A DNA stretch of 60,517 bases, filler included, from Platydemus manokwari (lineage: Eukaryota), in NCBI GenBank assembly GCA_037951405.1. It is 6 parts of 6 records of this genome, joined end to end, with 100 filler letters (N's around TTAATTAATTAA, not from the genome) between each part and the next. Parts side by side here need not be neighbours in the genome. Positions count along the whole stretch, not along the records: positions 51,610 to 60,517 come from JBBMOY011312316.1; 5 more parts are not named here. One strand, written 5' to 3'. The notes below the pieces were generated by a model. It was not told the origin of the DNA. It ran no database searches and saw only the letters and a list, made by a program, of their open reading frames with translations. This document shows positions 51,510 to 60,517 of the stretch, one piece after another; position 1 is the stretch's first letter; the number at the start of each line of letters is the position of its first letter. A program made the position numbers and the translations under genes.

Positions 51510-51609
51510 NNNNNNNNNNNNNNNNNNNNNNNNNNNNNNNNNNNNNNNNNNNNTTAATTAATTAANNNNNNNNNNNNNNNNNNNNNNNNNNNNNNNNNNN
51601 NNNNNNNNN
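51510..51609. other. Artificial contig spacer
   Basis: N44-TTAATTAATTAA-N44. Confidence 0.97.
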
Positions 51610-51969
51610 ACCAACATATACATGTACTAGCATCCAATAACAAGTGAGCAAAATTAAAAACAGCCTATTTCAGTTTCAAAAACATACACGCCATAATTAA
51701 GAAGCCAGCGTCATTTCAGTAAAGAAACTCCCTAAATGGATTTGCTAAAAATCGGTAAATAATCTTTGAAAATTCAAAAAGGAACTAAAGTTAAAATGAA
51801 GATCTAATCAAAAACCTACTAATTAGTTACATAAATGTTGATCCATAATTAAACCTCTAAATGATGTTTGCTCAATAACTTGCTATTTTATATATAAATT
51901 ACATGGTGGATAATATTATTTGATAATTTTTTATTAAGATTCGAAAACATTTTTAAGTTGTACTATTTT

Positions 51970-53470
51970 GTGCTTCGTACCAAATGTTATCCGTTTAGGT
52001 ACTTATCTATCGATTCTTCAGTCTCCAAGTTGTCATGATTTGTTCTTCCTTAAATATCTTATGAAAATCAAACAGCTATTTCAATCCAACAAGAATATTC
52101 GTCAAGTTATATTTGTTCTTGATAATCTCATGAATATTAATGTATTGATTTTCAGAGCCTATTTTCCGTCCTCATTTTTCCGATTGTTTGAATCGCGGTT
52201 GTAATTTGAAAATATTTTTGTGAAAAATATCGTAAAAAAGGTACAGAATTTCCAGAATATTTTCGAAAAATTAAATCAATCAAATCAATGGGGATTTTTA
52301 AATAAGGAAATTCAATGCATAAAATATTCTTAAAATTTGAACAATAACGAATCAGCTGATATTGTTGCCAGGAAATTTTTTCCTTCTGATAAAGCCAGTA
52401 AGCAGAAGCTCTTTCAAGGCTACACTTAAAAGTGAAAATTTGTTGAATCAGAATTACTGATAATTTTATTTTTCTCATTTATTTACTATTGAAGGTCTCG
52501 AGGGAAATTATATGGGTTATTTTCTGATTGTCATTTGTTTATTATTTAAATTATTAGAGTTACAGAGGTCGATCTAAATAGGTGTTCCATGGGCTGTGGT
52601 ACAGAAATTTTTAATGAAAACCTACCCCACAGACTTCATCACAACCTACATTTTAAATGTTAGCATAATTCATAATTTTTCAAATACTTTGATCAATAAT
52701 TTCTTGAGATGGATGATTCAAAATTTTCTCCATTCTCGTATTATGCTCTCATTATAGATACGTTCCTCATTCTGTTTCGCAAAGAATTCGAATTGAACAA
52801 TCGTCTATGTACTTCCTGAACGAATGCCCTTTTGCATTGTATATTATCCATGTATCTCTCTATGGATTTCAAAATATTGTCGTTTTCAGTTATTGAATGC
52901 AGACACCACACAAGCGATTTTATAAATCTTTTGGTATCGATTCAGTTATTCTCAGCATTTGCTTCTTTTCTCTGTTTGTTGTTAGATATCTTCAATAGGA
53001 TCCATCTTGGTCCTATTCTTTTTACTTTTTATTCCAAATAGTTCTGATACTTATGTTTAGATAATTAAAGAGGGCAATTCTTTTCAAATTATTGGTAAGA
53101 TCTCATCTGCTTTCATCACTGTTGGATTCAATAGCCCTGATTGTTTGCGATTACCGCTTTACAGTTCCTGTAAAACAAATAGTCTTTTGAGTTTCGCGAT
53201 TAAGATCTTCTTTTCAAACATTTTAATGACCAAGTAGCTTATGCGCACCTCACGGCTTCCGTATTTTCTGTCGATTCGGTTGGCACAGTAATGACAATTT
53301 TTTCATTTGGTCATACATAGATTTGATATTTAAAAAAGTTTTTGTGAACCAGGCATGGACTGCACATTTGTAACAGATTCCTTCATGACACTAAACCCTT
53401 GCCATAGCGCATACACATCTCCTCGTAATAACATATCAAACACTAGCGATGATTTCATTTAGTTGAAGAT
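51970..53470 (-). mobile_element. Possible decayed FLYWCH-MULE transposase
   Basis: RRCVCAMARV (FLYWCH-like WRC...ARV), FLRYFSQKY and SRTN (~PRTNN) occur in order; heavily mutated. Confidence 0.35.
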
Positions 53471-56011
53471 TGCAAAAATCATTCATTTGCTTCCTGAGCC
53501 GAGTCATCGACGAATGCTGACCTTGAATTAGTATTAACTATGTATTCGAGGTCAAAACGAAAAATATCATTTGCCTTTCTTTCCGTCTAGCTCGATAAAA
53601 GCGCTAATTTCGGCATGGTCGCCAGAAAGAAGACAACATGACATCACAAATTTATTCAGCCAATCACGAGTTCTGAGTATTTAAACAAATATCTCATTTA
53701 TATCTAGCTATAACTACATGGTAATACTAGTAAGGCTAAAATATTTAAGTAAATAATATCATTATTGACATTACATTTAATCAATAATTTTATAATTAAA
53801 TAAATTAGAAACCTCTATTAATAATCACTAATTAGTAACTAATTAGATTGAAATCCATTTAATATTTCTATTTTTACAGACAAGGTTTTTTTATTATTAC
53901 TCTGGCTTTAGAAATTCTTAACCCATTTTACAAGATGAAATCCTAAACCATTTCAAATGAGCTAATACTGTTTTATTATCAAATCGGTTTTGAATTTTAT
54001 TAAAATATCACGTTGATCGCAGAAAATAAGATGTTATCTACAAAACAATTAGTTTAATCATAGAGCATGCTTCCGTTATCATCCACAGATAACGTTTCAC
54101 AGAGAAAACAGTGAATGGTTCAGTAAATTATCTGATGAAAATATTTGGATCGAATATTGTTCTGACGAACAATAAACTACTGATTATAATCTTCAATGAT
54201 AAAGATTTTACGAAAAATCTTAGAGTTTTCAATATCATTAAATTGATATGATTGAAGAGATCAAGCAAAGATGAAACAAGTGCGTTCGGTGAGATCTTGA
54301 TGAGCTAAAAATAAGTCCCCCCCATTTGTTCCAAGATAGCGCAAGTACAAAATTGAATATATAATTAGAGTTGATATCAAAAACTTGTAACAGTTTGTGG
54401 TCATGGGAATCTAAGAACTTTACAAGTATTATGAGAACCTCAGTAACGACATTTTATCAATACTAGATAGAATTTTGACTTCTCTAATCCATAATTTGCT
54501 CAATGACTTGTTTAAATGCCTACCTAATTCCATTTTATGCTTGCCTACTGGTAGGATTGTCGAGCAACTGTTGTTATGGGATGTTGATTCCACATCAATA
54601 AAATCTGTTACAAAGATTTTAATGTTATGATAAAACACGTTTAATTCTTCAAATTAAATGAAATATAAAAATATTCCAATAAGTAGGATTAGTTCGAATA
54701 TTGTGCTTGGGTATACTCTTTGTGTTGAAATTTTTAATTTGTTTTCAATAAATGCCTAATCAAACTATAGCACCTAATAACTATCGTTAAAAACTTATAT
54801 AAAAAACACAAAGATATATTTATTTGATATTATTACTTGATGAGAATTACAATAATAAGATTTGCTAAAATTTAATGGTAAAGGTAACTCCTGGAACAAT
54901 AAATAAATAATTACTGAACCCAATAAAAAACCAGAATAATTATTATTTCCATAAGTAATTGGGTTCTCCAGGAGAATCAATAATTATCTCTTTGATTTAT
55001 AGACTTGTTAAAGTCAACTGAAATCAATTGCCTTTCGCTCATCACAGCAATCTGGAATCCAATTTTTTTCATCAAATAATTCACTGAATAATTTTGTTTT
55101 AAATTTTAAGAACAGTTGATAACGGAAGCATATTTTATGAGAATCTTAATTGCTTGTATGTAAAAACTTATTTTCTTTGATCAATATAACATTTTCAGAA
55201 AATCCGAGATAGAATTATTATTATTATTAGATCTGTATTAGTTCATGTGTGTTCAAAATCTGATCAAATTCGTTTAAATTCCAAATCGTATTTCAATAAA
55301 GAAAATCTATAAAACCAATATAAAACAAAACCAGATAACATTTTGGACTCTTCAAATTTACAATACTATCCTTATGTTAGTCTGATCGCTAATATTCCTA
55401 TTCAAAAATACATGCTAACAATATATGTAAATTTACCTGACTGGGTGTTAAAATTCTGAGTGACCGTGTGCTCGTTGTGTTCTAAATTATAAATGGCGAA
55501 AAACCATTAAATGTATGAAATTATGTGTGCATAACATTTGTAAATATGTATGCAATTCGTTGTAAAAATAAGAGTTGTTTATGTATGTTTAGATGTCTGT
55601 TTGTCAAAATATTTGTATAGAAGATTAAAAACTTTCAGAATTTTTTTTTGTTTTATAGAGTTTTCATAAATAGTTACAAAAAGGGTTTTCAGTGTATCGA
55701 ACATATATTTCAATAATTTCAAAATTAAAAGTGGTAAAAATTATAATTCCCTGTTTAATCGAAATCTTTCGAAAATATTTAATGAGTTTAACACTTTCAC
55801 AGTTACTTTGGTACTTATGAGAAGTTTTTTCGATTTGAATATTATTGTTTTTAAGATGTAAGCTTTGTTTTTAGTTTAAAAATATTATTAAAAATAGTGT
55901 AACTCAAATTTAACCTGCTGTATATCACATGGCAATGAAAACATTAATTTAGAGGTTGATACAAAATGTTATTTTATATCGAGAGATTCCAAATCTCATA
56001 TTCGTATAAAA

Positions 56012-56760
56012 CAGGGGTGCGCAAACTGACACCCGTAAAACTGGCCCTGTAATAGGTCATTACTCCTATATAAAATACTATTTAAACGAAATAAATATCT
56101 TCTTCATGGCAAGATATAATTCAAATTATGGTTTTTTATTAATTAATAATTTCAGCACAAAATTAAAATTGCAATTAATCGAAAAAAATTAAGTTACAAT
56201 AAAAGTAAATTTTATTTTAATGTGACGGATGCGCCTGGGGTTGTTGAGTCAAAATGTCTATTCTGGCCTATATTTAAGAAACTGCCACTCTCAACATCCA
56301 AAAGGAACCCAAATTTATTTTTAGAAATGCCAATTTCGAAAGTAATGCCTCGTAAAGGTATGTAGAATCGAAAGGTAATAACGCTTCGATGGTTTTTTTT
56401 GCAAGATTCTCTTCTCATTTCAAGTCAAAATGTTTCTATGGAATCACCTTTAAATTTAAATCATGATGTGGCATCCCTAGCTATATCTATTAATTGCTAT
56501 AAAATATACATTAACTGTGATTTAGAGTAGACTTTCATAATTTCCAAAATTTTGAGAAGACGTTGCCTTTAAAATATAATCTGTTGCTAAAGATTTCTGA
56601 CTAAGTGAAGCATTACTTGATTTATAAAATGTATCCATTAATAGATAAATTTATCTTTCTTCTTTATTGGTGGTTTGTGGTGAAGTGCTGAAATTTTCAT
56701 TGATGACTTGGTACCAAATCTTGCTACAAATATCGACTAATTGAAGCCACTTCAAAATAT
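56012..56760 (-). mobile_element. 3' end of a decayed Buster/Charlie hAT transposon (ZBED5/FAM200-type transposase C-terminus plus TIR)
   Basis: Frames give LVDICSK, QLIDIARD..*FKFK..SIETF*, LLPFDSTYLYE and RIDILTQQPQAHPSH* (the hallmark Buster C-terminus, ending near 56217). These are followed by a TIR read on the plus strand as CAGGGGTGCGCAAACT at 56012. Confidence 0.85.
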
Positions 56761-59700
56761 TTCACAAGACCAAAAATTAAATAAAATAATGAAACAATAC
56801 TAACGTTGAAATAATATTTTCAAATTTTTTCTATAAAAGGAAATGGTTTTCAAATGATGTTTACATTTACTTTTATTTATTCTATCCCCATTGCTGTGCT
56901 GGATTTTTGCGAAGTTTACAATTCAATTGAAAAATTAACCTGGTGAAAATAATAATGAATCTACGGATTAAGATTGAAATATTTAAATTAACAATTCTCA
57001 TTTTCATATTACAAAATATTTCTCCTTGCAATTCTTCTTAATTAGTACTATTAAGACGGGAATACGTTTGAATTTGATCATTAAATTTTGCAAAAAATAG
57101 TCTAAAAATACCTTAACTGAAACTTATTTGAAAAAAAAACAGACGGACCAGACATTTACAATGTTTCAGAGGACAGTTTTTCCTTAATCTACAAATTACA
57201 AACCCAAAGCACATCAGTGAGTTTAGTAATTTTGAGAAATTGAAGAATAAATGAAATGCAATGTAAATATTTTAATGGCTTAAAATTTTTATTTTAAAAT
57301 TTTAATAATAACAAAAATTTATAGCTATTTTAAGCAAGAAATTATAATTTTAAAATGTTGATATTTATATGAAGTTTTCATTATCAAAACAGATATAAAA
57401 ATCCTTGTTTTAATTTTGTGTTATAATTAGAGTTTTGAGCTAACTCTCAATTGCTTAATGGAGAACAATTCGGCCAACAGAAACATTGAAGACAAACAAC
57501 AGACTTGTATACAAAGAAGCCTGTATTTGTTAATTGAAGATAAATCAAAAGCAATAATGCAAAATAAACTCGTTAAAAATTTTGATGAAATCCTAATAAC
57601 GAAAACCATTGATTTTGAGACAGTGTATTGTGGCAATACATTAAGCTGATTTTTAAAACTGATTTTATTAAGATGACATTAATTGTCATCATGATTGTTT
57701 CAGCAAAATAGTTGTCCTATTTTGAGATAAAGGATAAGCTATTGAAATTGTGAGAGAAAAACCTGTATAGTTTTCAGCAAGAATATAAAAGAAACTCGTA
57801 AAATGAAACAGAAATATCAATACTTCAAGATTTTGGCAATTTCCTATATTAAACGAAATGAACATCCGCATCACCAGTAAAGATTGAAGCTTTCACCATA
57901 CATTGAACCAAGAATAAATATTATGCTAAAAATAAAATGTAATGAGAAGTAGATACGTCTTATAAATGATAGTAAATGACGTTGTTAGCGTTACATCAAA
58001 TCCAGAATGCAGTCGAATGTTATATCAATTATATTGATCAAACACAATCCTATATAGAGTTTCAATTAAAGTTATTGATAGAAATGTTCATTAAAATATA
58101 TAAATTTTTAGAAAAACTTCTTGTATATCCATCTTGTTTCGGACTTCGAATCGTTTTCTTCATTATTCACGATGATTTTCACTTCCATTTATCTCTCCAA
58201 AACATTTCCTTTCATTTCTCGACATTGTAATTCGGCTTTGTTGTATTTTTATGAATAATTCAATCAGCGCTAAGATTATGAGTGTGAAAGACTATGATAC
58301 GATCACCATACATCCTACATATGCATCCATTTTTTCTAGGAAGATTATAATATAGTTTATCGTGTTCATTATTCTTTTAAATATTGTTTGAGAAATTCTT
58401 ACAATGTATTGTATAATTCTTGCAAAACTACCGTTTAAGCTAATATTTTTCTAATCTTCCATTCCATTTTCCTTTGATGGTAATGTTTATGTTAATACAT
58501 TATTAAGAATATTCAATCGTTATATCGATAACTGGAAACGAAAAAAAATTTCTTTTCTGTAATCAATACAAAATCTTTAAGTTCCATCATTCTTTTTCTC
58601 TGAATTAAGCGATGATTTTCATGGTGATGAACTTGTTTGTATGACTATTCTTTAACATACCATCAATATGCTTGTGTACTTCTGCTTTTTTAGTGTAAGT
58701 CATTTTACATAACCGTTGCTTTAATAGTGATGGCTAATTTAGTATTAATTTATGCTTTAGAATCTTACTTCTGCCTAAGTCATACTATTTTCTGAAAGAC
58801 TCATCTTTGAAGAATGTTAATTTATTCATTGTATACCTTTTTTAGTTCCCACAATTTTTTTTAATACTTTTTTAATTTTTGCAATTGTTTTCTTCTAACC
58901 TTTTGATTTCTCCTTCAACTTATCCGATCTTGTGGTTAATTTTCAATTTTTGGCTTTATATTTATTCTTCATTTTTTCAGTGGGTTTAAACAACATTTGT
59001 TGAGAGTTTAAATAGGCTTCTTTCAAGTCTTGTGTTTTATTAACTTGTATGTTCACTTGATAAGCTATACACCACTTCTTAATATAAAAACTTATATAAA
59101 CTTAATATAAAAAAGTTAAAAACTTGTTTCATTACTAATTTTACCCAATTGAACTATTGTAATTCTGCATTTATTATCACTAGAAGCTTAATTTTCGGCC
59201 TAATTACTGTTTTAGATAAACCCATTTTTGAAAATCAATAGTTTCAAATCTTATTTTTCAATATCATTTAGAAGTTTGAATTTTCGCCGTTGTTCTAACA
59301 GTTTATTCTCAAATTTGTCACATTAACAAATGATTTTACGCTATGCATCTTTTACAAAGCTTCGTAGAATTTGAATAATACCATCATATTACGACGCATC
59401 CTTTGTATTCTTTTGTTTTTGGATATCAGCTCTTTTTTGATTTTGGTTCTAATAACTTATTTTCCCCTTTTATGTTTACATAAAAAACGATGATAATGCT
59501 AAATCCATTATGTTTCTCTTCAACTCAAGTATGAATTTTCATTATTAAATGAATAAAATAGAGTTGTTTGATATCAGATATGAGTCTATATAAGTGCTTC
59601 GTATTATTAAAGTTGACAATAATGTAGAGTACGGATTTTTTTCATATAAAGTAAGATCATGGAAACCGTGGAATATTTGTATTGGTACTTGATAAAGATA

Positions 59701-60517
59701 CTTGATAAACAGCCACACTGAAAAGATAGCGGATCAAATCGAAAGCAATATAGAGATAGGTTTACGATTTTATAAAACACATAATTATTTAATTATACAT
59801 ATACATTGATTGACCAATCACAGTCATCAACAATCCATAAATTCAATTCATAAAAATAAGTCACAGAATAAAACTTTAACAAATCAAATACTTACAAAAA
59901 TCTGATTAGAAATTTGCTTGAAACCAGTTGATAGAAACAATGTAATGATTTTTCACTAATTTTCATACTAAATACCTTGTTGGATGTCGAGAAATTTTCA
60001 GTCGTAATCTTTGTTGTTATTAACATGATAATTAAAATAATGAAATTTAAGCGTAAGAATATTTTAATATATTATTATTGAATTTAAATTATGAAGATAT
60101 TGTTAGAAATGAAATGCATTTGATATAAACAAGAAAATATTATTTTGATTGGATAAGATGATTTTCAACATATTTTCAATGTTTCGAAATAATATTTGGC
60201 AAACCATACTTCTGTTCTAATATTATTTAATGTTGATATTTGGTGTAAAGAGTAATCAAAATATATCTTAATGTTAATAATGATGTAATAATAATTATAT
60301 AAAATAATTATTAATAAATCAGGTATAAATCAATATTACAAAATTAATATAAAATGTCATGTTAATTACTAGAAAAATATAAAAGAAATTATCAAATATT
60401 ATTAAATATTGGCAAATAATCTCTTATAAATTCTAATTGCTCCTGATATATTAGACAGTAAATTAATTGTAACAATAATAATACGTTCTTGATGAACTTG
60501 GCTTTGCGAATGTCAGA

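Noticed and set aside
12589-51609. Regularly spaced identical TTAATTAATTAA palindromes as a biological array (CRISPR-like or PacI-site system)
   Set aside because: They are always embedded in exactly 44+44 Ns; this is an assembly linker.

Overview
This is very AT-rich eukaryotic (animal) genomic DNA, not a prokaryotic window. Short GT-AG introns of about 45-57 nt sit alongside multi-kb TE-filled introns, AAT microsatellites and a ciliary gene. That suggests a ciliated invertebrate, possibly a planarian-type flatworm; the taxon is inference only. The window is a concatenation of six contig pieces of about 9-10 kb or more, joined by five identical artificial 100-nt spacers (N44-TTAATTAATTAA-N44), so adjacency across spacers is unproven. 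Host genes I can support are: a complete six-exon CTDNEP1/Dullard phosphatase (minus, 35779-40425); the first three exons of TMEM231 (plus, 48063-49178); one isolated exon of an ENT4/SLC29A4-like nucleoside transporter; a USP22-like pseudogene; and a 524-aa single-ORF C2H2 zinc-finger protein. The C-terminal half of that protein is two copies of a ~100-aa extended zinc-finger module I do not recognise, which is the best candidate for novelty. The rest is largely transposon debris: a hAT (Buster/Charlie) MITE family with an 8-bp TSD plus a decayed Buster transposase, a piggyBac-like MITE, a ~200-bp solo-LTR family with a 5-bp TSD, Gypsy, MULE and non-LTR RT relics, and a decayed 28S rRNA fragment. 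I found no convincing multi-gene novel system.
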